Shown in pieces: positions 1 to 12,612 of a stretch of DNA of 64,000 nucleotides; the first letter of the stretch is position 1, and every line of letters begins with the position of its first letter. The DNA is from Marsupella aquatica (lineage: Eukaryota; Plantae; Marchantiophyta), in NCBI GenBank assembly GCA_973895155.1, contig OZ316892.1, positions 30,479,228-30,543,227 of the forward strand. Reading direction: 5' to 3'. The notes under the pieces were generated by a model that worked only from the letters and a program-made list of their open reading frames with translations, had not been told where the DNA came from and did not search any database. The position numbers and the translations under genes were made by a program.

Positions 1-3000
1 CTCGACACATCCAACTCTCACTCCCTTGCTTACTTTCCTTCTCCTATTAGTTGATGTGGGCACTCTTCACACAAGTTAATGCGACACACAAATAGTAAAA
101 TGACTCCTTCTGACTGAGTCATACCATGCACTTGCCATACAAACAGTACATCTCATACACAAGCTTTGCGAACTAAGCCGTGAGGCCAACTCTATTCAGC
201 TGTTAGGCATGAGGAAACATGAATATACACAAGGTCACTGTATGACTAACCGAGAGCTTCTCTTACTACTTGATCCCAGCCCGGCTGGTGCAAACTAAAA
301 ACTTGCTAAAGAAGAGGCCCTGAGCTCCCCGCAGCCCAGGTACTTATCCTGGTAGCGGATCCGCCTAATTCTTTGCAGCGTAAGCCTAATCTACCTAACA
401 GAATCTACCTGCCCGGATCTACCTATGTACAGCAAGGCAGGGGCACAAGTGTTGCTCCTACCAGTGGAACTGCAATCCCACTAAGCTAAGTGTCAGGGCC
501 GCTCCTGGTCCTGATCCTAATTTTAAACTTGGAGATCAGCGCCCGCCCTGCCCACTCACGCCTCCAACCTCCACGTCAGCCCTTCCTAAAAGGAACGACA
601 CCCTTGCACCGTCACGACACCGGTGGTGGATCCCCAATGGACGCCCCCAACGCTTCCTCCTCAGCCACTGCCGTTGGCCCATCTACTGACAGATTACCTG
701 CCCTTGACTGAGTCAACTCTCCATCGGCCTGACTGGGCCCACCCTCGGCCTCGGCATCGGCTCGGGAATCATTCTCGGCTACGGCCTCAGCCTCGGCTTC
801 GGCCTCAGCTTTGGCCACTGTCTCCCCGGCTTGCTCAAGGGGTGGATCTGGGATACCGGCCTCATTACTGAGTAGCTCGGCTTGGGCCGCGCCATCCCCA
901 CCTTTGGTGATAGCGGAATCTATTGTTGTGTTCATGCCGGAGGTTGGTGCCGGTTTGAGTACGGCTTGAGGGGTCGAATAACCTCCGGACCCCGAAGGTT
1001 TTCGCTTCTTCTTCTTCACTATCTCCACAGCTGGTTCCTTCCCTTTGCCGCCCACGTTTGGCACCGGGCCGTGTGTCACGGTTGGTCCTTCGGCAATTAC
1101 CACCCCTGGTAACTGGTTCGCCCCAACGGGAGATGGTCCTGCTGCAGCTAAGCATTTAAATACTACGGCTTGTTTCATCAGCCGCTCTGTTTGGTTGTCG
1201 GCCCGCCGCTGTAGGTTCTCCATCTTCCTCGTGATTTCCTCCAACTCCTCCTGGGTCTCATCCAGGTCCTTACGTGCCCCCTCCAGCTCGTTTTTGGCCT
1301 CCTCCTGCTCCCTGTGGGCTTCCTCCAACTCCTTTTTCAAGGTAGCCCTCTCCTCCTGGGTTGCTCTAAGCTCTTTGTCGAGCTCTGTCATGATCTCAGA
1401 CTCCATTTTATTCATCTTGGCATAAGTCTGATCGAGCATATTGTCCTTCTCCCTTAGGTCGGCCTTGAAGCTGGCCGTTAGGGACGCAAGCTCCTGCTGC
1501 AGCGCAATAATCCCTTGATAGGATTTCCCTAACTCGGCCTCCTTCTGCTCAAGGGCTCCGCGGATTTTCTCGAGCTCCCCCTTCAACGCCCATTCCTTTC
1601 TTTGGGTCTCCACCATGACCCGGTTGTTGACTGCTATATGGGCCTCCTCAGCGTCTCTCAGCTCCTTCTTCCATTTCTCCCTGTCCTTGATTGCGTCGGC
1701 CAATTCTCCCTGGGTCTGAGTCAATTTATCCTTGATAATCTGACCATCAGCCTGTGCTATGTCCAACTGCCCCTGCATGATGTTCAGCTCATGCCGCTTA
1801 ATCCGCAGTTCATCTTGGGCTTTCTTGGCCGCCCTTAGTTCTTCAATCTCGGCTTCCATCCTTCTAAGCCGTCGGATGACCTCGTCCTTCTTGCTTCTCT
1901 CTAAAGCCACCGCTTCATCTAATTGGTGCTTCTCCAACTGCTCCCTATGGAAAAAGGGTCCTACCTCCAACTCCTCCCCAAAGATGCCGAGCGCAAGTTC
2001 CCCACACATCTCACCATATTCCATGGCTCTATTCTTAGCGTAGGTGGAGTAAGTAGAAGTGATCGGCATCGTCCATCGCGGCCTCTGCTCCCAAGCCGTC
2101 TTGCGGATCTCTTCAATTGTGGCTAGAGGTTTGCTTCCTTTTTTGGCTAGCCGCCTGATGTCCTCCGGCCAGTCTCCTCTTGGTAAATCCTTTTCCCTAG
2201 CCAAGGCTGCCTCCTCTTCCTGCCTGATTCGCTCCTGAAATTCCTGTGCCGTCTGTTTTATGCCGTCAAAGCTCGGGGGAGCAACATCTGGTGGGGGAGA
2301 CTCAGGGCTACTCTGCTGGTTGGGGTCCCCTCATACTACCCTTGGAAGTGTGGGGATAAACCGGCCACAGGTCCTTACTCCTGGAACGTGATGGTCCGAC
2401 CCATAGCCGGAGTTATCATGGCTGCAGTCCTCCACTATCTCCTCTACTTCTTGGACTTCCGGCTTCTCCGTCTCTTCTTCGTCGATAGGAGCTTCAGGCA
2501 AGTCTTCCTCAGATTCAGAGCTTGAGACTCCTACGTACATTCGAACACCCGGCTTGGATTCTGGCCTGATTCTCTCCTTATTTCCGGTAAAGGGGTTTTC
2601 CCTTGTAAGTCTGCTTAGGTTGACCTCTGGGGCAATGTCCTGCATTGTTGCCGTTGCCGTTGTCGTTGTCGTTCTCTTTTCTTTCTCCAGTAGTTTCAGC
2701 AGATTCTGCATGCCTGGTTGCTGCATCGGCAAGTCTTCCTTCCTTGGCCTAAACACCTGCTCAATCGTAGGGCTGACAGGTGGTTGAGGCTTCTCTGCTA
2801 CCGGCCTCGGTGCTGGCGCTTCCTCGGGTGTCCTTACCTGTAGGGGAAGTACTGGGGCAAAGGTCTGACCTCTGGCATACCGGCACAATAGCGGCATGTG
2901 ATAGGCAAGCCGCGACACGCTCCCCATGCCGATTACCTGTTGCTCCTCCTTTAAGATCTTCTTCAATTGGTTGAGGAGGTACCCGTTGTAGTCCCGGCTT

Positions 3001-4389
3001 GGGTCTGGCCTCTCTGCCAGATAGACCTGTGCCTTGCCGATCTCTGCCCTCGGCAAGTTACAATGCATGGTTACCCGCAAGAAGTCGATCATCTCTCCTA
3101 TGTGCGGGTTGGTACAGGTGTTCCGGAAGAAGCCATTCTTCGTTGATGGCCCGGGGAACGACCGGAACTCTTTGTCAGGCAAGGTCTTCCTGGTATCAAC
3201 CTTGGTCTTATTGCCTATCGGCAAGCCAAACACTTCGGCAATTACCTTGGGAGTAAGATAGAAATCCTTCCCATATATCCTCGTGCAATTGGTCTCGGGT
3301 TCCCATGACCCCACGAATTCTAATAGGTCTGACTCCGGCACCTCCGGCTTCAACCATGGTAATCTTACAAAGGCCTCTAAGCCGGATCCAGCCATGAAGC
3401 CTTGGTACTTCTTGGTCTGCATGGGCGTAAAGCATGCATCCTCCTCCCGTGCAAAATGTAGTTGCACCTCCACTGGTAGAGTTGTCGCCCAGCCCTTCCA
3501 GGTGTCATCCCTGGTTGGAATGGCATTAATGGGATCGACCTCCTCCTCTTCGGCTTCTCCCTGCCTCCCGCTCTGCTGCTCGGCTGGCTTCTTTGGTGCC
3601 GCCGACCTCATTCTTTTTGCCGGGGTGGCTTCATCGATGACGGCTCCCTTCCTTTTCATCTTGGCTGCCGTGGAGGTTTCTCCTAGCACCGTTGCCTGGG
3701 TCCACCTTTCCGTGCTACCCTTCAATTCCCAGTGTATGTCGTTGCAGTTCTTGATGGCCTCTCGAATGCCGATGATTCTATCTTCGCAAAACAGAAGATC
3801 ATCGAGCTGATTGGAAGTAGGAGTCCACAAGAACTCGGCCTTGATGAGTTCGCCTCCTAAGAAAGCCGTTTTCTGCAGCTCCCACAATCGAGCGAGCTCC
3901 TGTCGTTCTCGAGCTGCCCTTTCTGATTCTTCGTCCTCGTAAGTCTTGATGTACTCAGTTGCCCGTTCGAACAGGCAACCCCAGAAATGTGCCGCTTGAT
4001 TGACGTTGCTCATACCCTCCTTAGGTCGATCGTTGGTATCTACTCTCTCCCCGAGTGCTTGCCTAAGCAGCTGACAGTAGTTGGCCTCCCGTAGTCGTCT
4101 ACCGAGTTCGTGCCTGCAAATGAGCCACAACTCCTCGCGAGCTGCCCTTACCCCTCTCCTCTTCCGGTCCTTCCTCCCGTTGATCCTTCCTAGCTGCCAA
4201 CGCTTAGCGCGCCCTAACCCTAATCGAGTTCTCTCCCTTGGCGTCCTTACTTCCGGCCTCGGCTCGGGTTCCATAGTTGCCCCTAATTGTTTATATTTTC
4301 CTTGTTTTGTCCCTATACTAAGGTGTTTCCAGGGTGCATTCCTGCTTTACCCACTCAACTGGCCGAGTGATTCCTGGCTAGGCATCACA
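1..4389 (-). mobile_element. LTR-like element carrying an internal long ORF; left end outside the window
   Basis: Ends in GGCATCACA at 4389, like the GGCGTCACA ends of the TSD-flanked units at 32669, 37108 and 63383. Sequence at ~380-520 resembles 29460-29560. The encoded protein is similar to 29575-32203. Confidence 0.65.
612..4274 (-). pseudogene. ~1220-codon retroelement accessory ORF (PMD/Transposase_32-like domain plus long coiled coil) with one premature stop
   Basis: ORFs 2331-4274 and 612-2204 are in the same frame, separated only by TGA at 2331-2333; the 42 codons between are open (GDPNQQSS...EEAA). Motif GLEAFVRLPW...LLEFVGSWEPETNCTRIYGKDFYLTPKVIAEVFGLP resembles plant-mobile-domain/Transposase_32-type proteins. 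C-terminal half is an E/K/L/Q-rich heptad region. Confidence 0.75.
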
Positions 4390-4433
4390 CCAAGACCGGG
4401 GGGGGCAGAGGGGAAAAACGACTGCACCACATG

Positions 4434-4685
4434 ATTTCTGTTTTTGGGGTACCTGTAAAAAAAGTGCTATCTGAGCAAGTAAAACCCATAGTTTTCAATT
4501 TTGGGGGGAACCTGTAAAAAAACGTGCTATCTGGAGCGCGCACACCCATGTTTACTATTTTTGGGGTACTTTTCCAAAAATGTGCTATTTGAGCACGTAA
4601 AACCCAGGTTATCAATTTTGGGGGGAACTTGTCAGAAAGAGTGTACTATCTGAGCATGCACTCCATGTTTCTATTTTTTGGGGTG
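4434..4685. repeat. ~60-bp tandem repeat, ~4 copies with alternating variants
   Basis: TTTTGGGG...GTGCTAT(C/T)TG...CC(C)A recurs at ~4434, 4497, 4557, 4614 and 4673. Confidence 0.75.
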
Positions 4686-4711
4686 CGTGCACACCGAACA
4701 ATGCAAGGCAA

Positions 4712-4783
4712 TTTAGGGTTTAGGGTTTACTCGGCTTTGGGGTTTAGGGTTTAGGGTTTACTCGGCTTTGGGTTTTAGGGTTT
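4712..4783 (+). repeat. Degenerate interstitial plant telomeric repeats (TTTAGGG)
   Basis: TTTAGGGTTTAGGGTTTACTCGGC occurs twice, with further TTAGGGTTT units. Confidence 0.7.
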
Positions 4784-4975
4784 TGCGTTCTCAACATGCT
4801 CCGGGCACCGCCAGCTGTTCACCCCACATGTACGCATTGTCCATACCATCCATGGCGGGGTAGTACCACGGATGGGATGCGCGCAATGTCACGCACAAGA
4901 AAGCTTTGTACACCAACACATTTCTACGCAGTGTACGGCCGGCCCCATGCAATGCACGGCCGGCTTTCCACCTAA

Positions 4976-5250
4976 TCCTATATATATTATCCGCGCACTA
5001 CACGTGCAATGTGCACGGCCGCCCGGCCGGTTTTTGCACCCAATACAAGGCTAGTGCATGCAATGCACAGCCGGATTTTGCACTAAACAGACCACAACTG
5101 CACAACAAAGTCGGATCTCAACCAACTACTAAACCCACTGTGACCCACGCGACCAGCCCTCTGCAACCATGCCCATTTATGGCGCAAACCCATATACCCA
5201 AACCCTCAGCCGTGCGGAGGCACGGTATAATACAGCCGATCACAGTCTAG
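4976..5250 (+). mobile_element. Possible short non-autonomous Helitron
   Basis: 5' end A|TCCTATATATATT at 4976; hairpin CCGTGC-GGAG-GCACGG at 5210-5225; CTAG|T at 5247-5251. The hairpin-to-CTAG gap (~21 nt) is longer than usual. Confidence 0.35.
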
Positions 5251-5896
5251 TACATAAGCCGTATATTATATATACATTTTTGTGCAGCCCAGCGATCGCA
5301 ATGCCCGGTCTTTGTGGTTTTTTTCATGGTCTTTTTGCCACAAGTGCCCGTAAAAGACCGTCCCGCCATGAAAATACAAAGGAACCAACATTACAAAGCA
5401 AGTCGATCCCCGCGCCATTCTTCAAAAGTCACTGCTTTGGGAGCCCGGATAGCACTGCGGCCTTCTTCCCATACTCCCCTCGCATCAACTCTGCCCACCC
5501 TCCCTCCCCGTCATTTAGGGTTTATGATAGGGTTCCCTTACCCTTGCGTTGTTCCTCGTGGCTCCCTCCCACGGCCCCCTATACACCAAGGGATCAACTA
5601 CAATCCTGTCATCCTCCAAATGCCAACTCACGTTTACGGTTTGGGGTTTACTGTTTACATTTCAGGGTTTACCGCTTACGATTTAGGGTTTACCCTAGTT
5701 TTGTGTTCTTCTTGCCACGAACGCGACAGTCGTGCCATGAAAATACAAAGTTAATCAATCCCCGCACCATACTGCTTCGGGTTCCCGGATAGCACTGCCG
5801 CCATCTTCCCGTACTCCCCTCGCACCAACTCTGCCCATCCTGCCATCTATCACATAGAGCCTCTCCATACGCTGCGGCCACTGCGGACTGCCTCAC

Positions 5897-5924
5897 CCCT
5901 AAACCCTAAACCCTAAACCCTAAA
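5897..5924 (-). repeat. (CCCTAAA)4 interstitial telomeric repeat
   Basis: Four perfect CCCTAAA units. Confidence 0.85.
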
Positions 5925-6296
5925 CTCCTGGAACTCACTCATGGGATTCACCTCTTTCTGGCCAAATCCGTTGCACTCGGTCATTTCCCCGCCATCTAAT
6001 TTTGCAACACCCGATTCATGGGTTTACAGCAACCAGGACGCGTGACCCTAGACCCTCAACCCATGTTCACTCCATGGGCACAGCACTCGCCTTAGAGAAC
6101 ACAAACGCCCTCCACAAAACTATACTAGCACCACTACTGAACTAGTCCCACCTTGCCTTCTTCCACCTCCCTGCTGCACGACTATCGTGTAGAGCCTCTC
6201 CCCGTGTGGCTGGCCAGCTCACACCCGCCCGAAGTTTAGGGTTTATTAGGGTTGCGTGAACCTGGAATTACCTCAAACTCCATTCATGGCAGAAAA

Positions 6297-6718
6297 CCAG
6301 GGCACCCCTCAGCCTTCCCTCCCGGCGGTTAGGGTTTAGGGTTTACGTGTTTAGGGTTTTCCCTAAACCCTTACCTTCTTCGCCGTGGCTCCCTGCCCTG
6401 GCCTCACGCACACAAAGGGATAACTCCAATCCTGCCATTCTTGAAATGTCAACTCATGATCACAACCCCGCATAGTGCAGCAATCTCATCACGAGCCCCA
6501 ATGGTATCAAACTAGGGCACCACTCAGCCTTCCCTCCTAGCACTTAGGGTTTTGTGTTTACGGGTTTAGGGAAAATCCCTAAACCCTTCCCTTCTTCGTT
6601 GTGGCTCCCTGTCCCGGCCATGCAAACACAAAGGGATGAACTCTGATCCTGCCATTCTCGAAATGTCAACTCATGATCACGACACCCCACATAGTGCGGT
6701 GATCCCACCACGAGCCCT
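6297..6718. repeat. Two diverged ~215-bp tandem units containing inverted telomere-repeat hairpins
   Basis: AGGGCAC...CTCAGCCTTCCCTCC...ATCCTGCCATTCT.GAAATGTCAACTCATGATCAC...CACGAGCCC at ~6297 and ~6512. Confidence 0.75.
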
Positions 6719-8048
6719 GATAGAGTATAATTATGAAACTTTAAAATTTTGCTTTTAATTCCCTTTTTTTCTTCTCTTTATTTAATTTTGCAGTTTTTTG
6801 GATTATTCAATGGTGCCAAAGGTAAGAAGAGGGGGAGGAATGGAGTGGTGAGGGAGTGAAGAAATAGTAAGAGGGAAAGAGAAAAATTAAAATGCTCCCC
6901 TCCCAATACCATTGTGCGACCACACCTTGACCCCACAAAGCCCCGAGGGGCCATCACCTCGACATCTTTTTTTCTCAATGACATCTTGGCCGACACAACT
7001 TCTTTTGCGCAACCCACGGGTATTGAGCTAGATTCTAGTTCTAGTAATAATAATAATAATAATGGATACCACGCCCACCGACAAGGGAGGGAGCAACAAG
7101 CCCACCTCCCCGCCACGGCGCCACACATATATGAGGAGGGAGGGAGCTGCTTTTAATAATATAATATTATTATTAGGGTGGGAGAGGTCACCCCGCCCGG
7201 CGGCCCTGTGCGGCTGTGCTAACGACCGTGAGCTGCCCCACGCGTCCCCTATGAAGGAGGTAGCGGCAACCAAGGGAGAGACCAAGGAGACTGAGAGTCA
7301 GCACCGGTGGAGACGCGATGCGCGACAAAGGAGCAATTATTATGGAGAGACGATCGATGACAAAGGAGCAACAAGGGAGAGGGAAGCAGGGACATCCCGC
7401 CGTACACAGACCCTACAAACCGACTTCCTGAGATGATCTAGACTCCCTGGAGTTATTTGGGGTGCAAATAGGCCCCGGGGTCCCATCCCTAAAACCAGTA
7501 GTATATATAAGGGGACCACCCCCTCTCAAACATCCAAGGTGACATGGTGTTGGAGAGTAATAATAAAGAAGGAAGTCCATTTGCCCCCAACCTCAAAATG
7601 TCAACTGATCAGGAGCCCGGATAGTGCAGCGGCCTCAGTTGCGAACTCTCATGGCATCATACCATGGCACCATTCACCCAGCTGGTATCTGTTCTTTGGC
7701 TCCGGCCCAACTGAACCCATGCCCTGCTCAACACCACACACCCCCGGTTTTCAGGCTCTCTAGAGTCTTTGTGCAGACACCCTCCACGCTGAAGGGGCAC
7801 AAATACCCCATAACTGTCCACTAACTGAAAAACAGCAACCGTACACCTTAAACCTAAGCGGACTTTGTCCCTAAATTCAATTTTTGACCCGGGATATGCG
7901 GCTCTCGTGTAGAGCATCTGTTTTGTGCGGCCCTGTATATATCTTCTGTATATATCTTCTCTGCACAGCGCGTGCAATGAGGCCGGTCTTCAGGCCATTT
8001 TGGGGTATTTGGGATGCGGGGTGCATGGTCTCCATGTTTAAGAGTTAG

Positions 8049-8820
8049 ACTCCCATAACATTGTTGTTTAAACCTTTACACTCCGGTAGTATTGATTAGG
8101 TGACTTACGGGGGTACCTTACACTCCCATAACATTGTTGTTTGAACCTTTAGACTCCGGTAGTATTGATTAGGGTGACTTACGGGGGGTACCTTACACTC
8201 CCATAACATTTCCGATTCAACCTTTAGACTCTGGTAGTATTGATTAGGGTGACTTAAGGGGGGGTACCTTACACTCCCATAACATTGTTGTTTGAACCTT
8301 TAGACTCCTGTAGTATTGAATAGGGTGAGTTACTGGGGTACCTTACACTCCCATAACATTGTTGTTTGAACCTTTAGACTCCGGTAGTGTTGATTAGGGT
8401 GACTTACAGGGGGGTACCTTACACTCCCATAACACTTCCGATTCAACCTTTAGACTCCGGTAGTGTTGATTAGGGTGACTTACGGGGGGGTACCTTACAC
8501 TCCCATAACATTGTTGTTTGAACCTTTAGACTCCTGTAGTATTGAATAGGGTGAGTTACTGGGGGTACCTTACACTCCCATAACATTGTTGTTTGAACCT
8601 TTAGACTCCGGTAGTATTGAATAGGGTGAGCTACTGGTATACCTTACGCTCCCATGACATTGTTTTTTAAACCTTTGAAGTCCGGTAGTATTGATTAGGG
8701 TGACTTCTCGGGGGGTAGGAACTCCCATAACATTTCGATTCAAATCTTTTGACTCTGCTAGTATTGATTAGGGTGAATTACCGGGGGCAGCTTACGCTCC
8801 CATAACATTTCTGGTTCAAC
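8049..8820. repeat. ~75-bp minisatellite, ~10 copies
   Basis: ACTCCCATAACATT...AACCTTTAGACTCCGGTAGTATTGATTAGGGTGACTTACGGGGGGTACCTTAC starts at about 8049, 8122, 8197, 8273, 8347, 8423, 8498, 8573, 8647 and 8721. Confidence 0.95.
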
Positions 8821-10268
8821 ATTTCAAGTTGCAGCTGTAGCATACATGGACTCTGGCCTACTTGTTACAATTTGGGAGAGGCTGGAAGGCAGCAGAAGTG
8901 GCAGAACCTAGGAGAAAAGACAATGTGATGAATTGGCCTAATTATGGTTATGTTAGACTAAGTACACGTAGTCAATCTAACCTAAAATGGATCTAGGGAA
9001 GCAAGCCTACCTACCTACTATCAAACAAGTCAGGCAGGCACTCAGCAGCGGGATAACTTTGAATAGTGAGCCAAAGAGAGCAACGACATACAAAGACCAA
9101 CATAATAATTCTAAAATAGGCATGTGGCTGATCGCCACTAGTGTTGGTAGTAAAACGCAAGTGTATAGCCATTAGTTTATCCAGGCCAGGAGTTTAAGGT
9201 GAGAGATGTTGAGGATGGTGCTGCTTGACCCAGAAAATGATATGTACACTATCTTCCTAGGCATGTGGGATTTGTTTTATTATTTAAACCCCGAGGCTCT
9301 CTAGGAGGAGGAAATGTAGAATATGAATTTCGTTTTCTTTTTTCTTTTTATATATAATTCTTGTATGATTGAGTCCGGGTCAAACAGCACCTTGCTTTGC
9401 AACATGAGTGCCGGAATGCCCTCATCTCAGTCATTAAATGTAAGTGTCAAGATATACTAATTTTTTTGAGTTGCTTTCCCCCCCTAGAGAAATAATATGA
9501 TCCCTTAATAGAAACAACCAGGAAAGTGAAAACAGTAGGAGGAAATGTAGGATGTTCAAGTGTTAAGATGTACTAACCTTGTCAAGCCTTTGAGAACCAT
9601 TAGAAACAATGGCCAATTCTGCAATTCACTCTCCTTCAACAGTTCACCTTGCTTGTACTGGACCTATAGGCTGACCAAGAATCATACACTGTATTCAGAA
9701 AAATCAATATGGCATCTGCTGATTTCAATGGTATGCATGGGTTGTGTCATGGCAAACCAAAATGACTTAAAAGATGAGTTTGGACAACATTGAATAATTT
9801 GATGATTGGAAGTGTTCACACAAATGGAGTGTAATTATGCCCTTGATGAGTTTGGATGCCCACCTAGAATCTTTACAGTTGTATCAAGGGTGATTTACTA
9901 GACAAGGTGAAGTTCTGTGCATATTAATTCTATAGAGTCATACAATGAATGCATACCACTAATCCCACAAGAATAAGACCATTTTCCGGACACCCACACC
10001 CACCCTTGTCCTTTGGGGTTTGCAACTTGTGGTTGGTGCCTCATCATCGAAGTGTTTGTTACTCTCAAGTGTACGTGTGCTGATCATGTCAATTCCACCT
10101 TCGAGTTGATTTATCTGAGTTCTTCCATCTTGCAAACACTCTCCATTTCAATATATCACCCCCATAACAAGTAACAGGCCTTACCTCCTCTCACACCTAT
10201 ATATATTATTCCTGCACTACGGGCGTAGTGCAGTGGCTGTGCGTACGTTTGAATGTTGGTTTACAAGT

Positions 10269-11069
10269 GGAGTGTGCGGCCGTCTTATGGAGGGTGTGGT
10301 CATTTGTATGTGTGATCTCGTCCGTCCATTCTAGTATCGATGGTCTAGATTCTCTCTTGATTCTCCCATTTTTAGACTAAGTGTTTGGAGGCGAAAGGAT
10401 TTGAGTGTGCTGGAACGTTCAGTGTGGGATAACGAGGAGGAATCCGAGGATTGTGCCGGAAGAGAATCTAGTGGTGTGTTGTGTGCTGCGATGCGACGAG
10501 AGGTATGGTGTGTAATGAAAAGGAAAAGAAGGAGTGTGCGGCCGTCTTATGGAGGGTGTGGTCATTTGTATGTGTGATCTCGTCCGTCCATTCTAGTATC
10601 GATGGTCTAGATTCTCTCTTGATTCTCCCATTTTTAGACTAAGTGTTTGGAGGCGAAAGGATTTGAGTGTGCTGGAACAAGTCTGTTCAGTGTGGGATAT
10701 CGAGGAGGAATCCGAGGATTGTGCCGGAAGAGAATCTAGTGGTGTGTTGTGTGCTGCGATGCGACGAGAGGTATGGTGTGTAATGAAAAGGAAAAGAAGG
10801 AGTGTGCGGCCGTCTTATGGAGGGTGTGGTCATTTGTATGTGTGATCTTGTCCATCCATTCTAGTATCGACGGTCTAGATTCTCTCTTGATTCTCCCATT
10901 TTTAGACTAAGTGTTTGGAGGCGAAAGGATTTGAGTGTGCTAGAACAAGTCTGTTCAGTGTGGGATAACGAGGAGGAATCCGAGGATTGTGCCGGAAGAG
11001 AATCTAGTGGTGTGTTGTGTGCTGCGATGCAACGAGAGGTATGGTGTGTAATGAAAAGGAAAAGAAGGA
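10269..11069. repeat. Three near-identical ~265-bp tandem units
   Basis: GGAGTGTGCGGCCGTCTTATGG starts at 10269, 10531 and 10799. Confidence 0.95.
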
Positions 11070-12612
11070 ATGTTGCAACAAGAGCTATGGTGTGTAGTGT
11101 AAAGGAAAAGAGTAAGGATGTGCGAATTTGTGATGTTTCAAAGTCGAAGGCGAATTGAGGAGTAAAAAAAACTGTATATATCTTCTCTGCACAGCGCGTG
11201 CAATGAGGCCGGTCTTCAGGCCATTTCAGGGTATTTAGGGAGCGCGGTGCATGGTCTCCTACATGCAGTGCACGGTCTCAACGTTTCAACATTTGGACTC
11301 CCACAACATTATTATTAAAACCTTTAAACTCCGCTAGTATTGATTAGGGTGACTCACGGGTGGTTGTCGTAGGCTCCCATAACATTATTTTTTAAGTGTT
11401 CATACACCACTAGCATTCATTGTGACTCACTTGTAGTCCCGCACTCCCATAACATTTCCAATAAAAGTCTTTTGCAGCTATAACATTCATGTTGAAACCA
11501 TTGGACTCCGTTAGCATCAAAAGTATCACCATTCAATTAGGTTCGTGAGAAATACAAAGGAAACAAAGCTTGGTCAATGCTTCTAGAATTCCTGTACCAG
11601 CCTTCAATCTGGTTCTTTAATGTGCTCGTCACCTTCAAATCCCCTTCTGCATTATTGTTGGGTCGGTATTTTGGTCGGGAAGCATTGGCCTTCGAGAATT
11701 CCTGTTGCTGGCCTTCAATCTGGTCCTTGACTGTGCTCGCCACCTCCAAATTCCCTTCAATCTGCATCTTGAATCTTGCATCGCTTAGATGGCATACTGA
11801 CATCGTCAATAATTGCAGCAAGTGATGGATTAGAGTCATTGTCGGATGCAGTCTTCGAGCGAAGGCGTTTCCGAATGGTTACGGTCTTTATGCTTACTGG
11901 TGGCAGTGCATCATGAATCTTGTGTTGCTTGGATGGCGTACTGACGTTGTCAATAATTGCAGCAAGTGATGGATTCGAGTCGTTGTTGGATGCAGTCTTT
12001 GAGCGAAGGCGTTTCCGAATGGTTGCATTTTTTATGCTTACTGGTGGCAGTGGCGTGGCGTGGTTTCAGGCCGAGTGTGCAGTGATGGAGCTTCTCTTCT
12101 GTACAACATCCATGGTTGCGGTATTCATGCCTTGCTACTCACCTCCATCTGTGTTGCAACTCCATTCAGACACTCCTAGGACCCAAATTGCCTTCACTGT
12201 CCAACCCACCATACAAGACTCTTATGTAAAGGCTGTGTCTCACATGCGATGCATGGTATGTCTCCAAGTTTCAGCATATGGACTCCCACAACATTTCTGG
12301 TTTAAGTGGAGGCTCCCATAACATTTCCGGTTAAACTATAGACTCCCATAGCTTTCATGTTGAAACCTTTAAACTCCGTTAGCATCAAATGTGTCACCAT
12401 TCAATTTTGGACGTGGGAAATGAGATACAAATTAAAGAAGACCAGGCTTCCTGATTAGAACTAATTCACTCTGTACAGTTGTGATATATTATTTACTCTC
12501 TAGACTCAATGCTAATCCACACCCGGGTCTATGCCCGATCCGCCTCAAACTCTTGGGCCCGTAATGCCAGGTGTTGTAATTCAACTTCCTCCCATTGTTG
12601 CTGCTCCTCAAC

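Noticed and set aside
490-4434. Many short plus-strand ORFs over the long minus-strand ORF (also over 29600-32500 and within satellites)
   Set aside because: Antisense shadows of GC-rich coding sequence or translations of tandem repeats.
4712-6586. True telomere or chromosome fusion site
   Set aside because: Only 2-4 consecutive units, in both orientations, embedded in larger repeats.
9136-9150. CACTA terminus (CACTAGTG)
   Set aside because: No matching inverted partner, TSD or subterminal repeats found.
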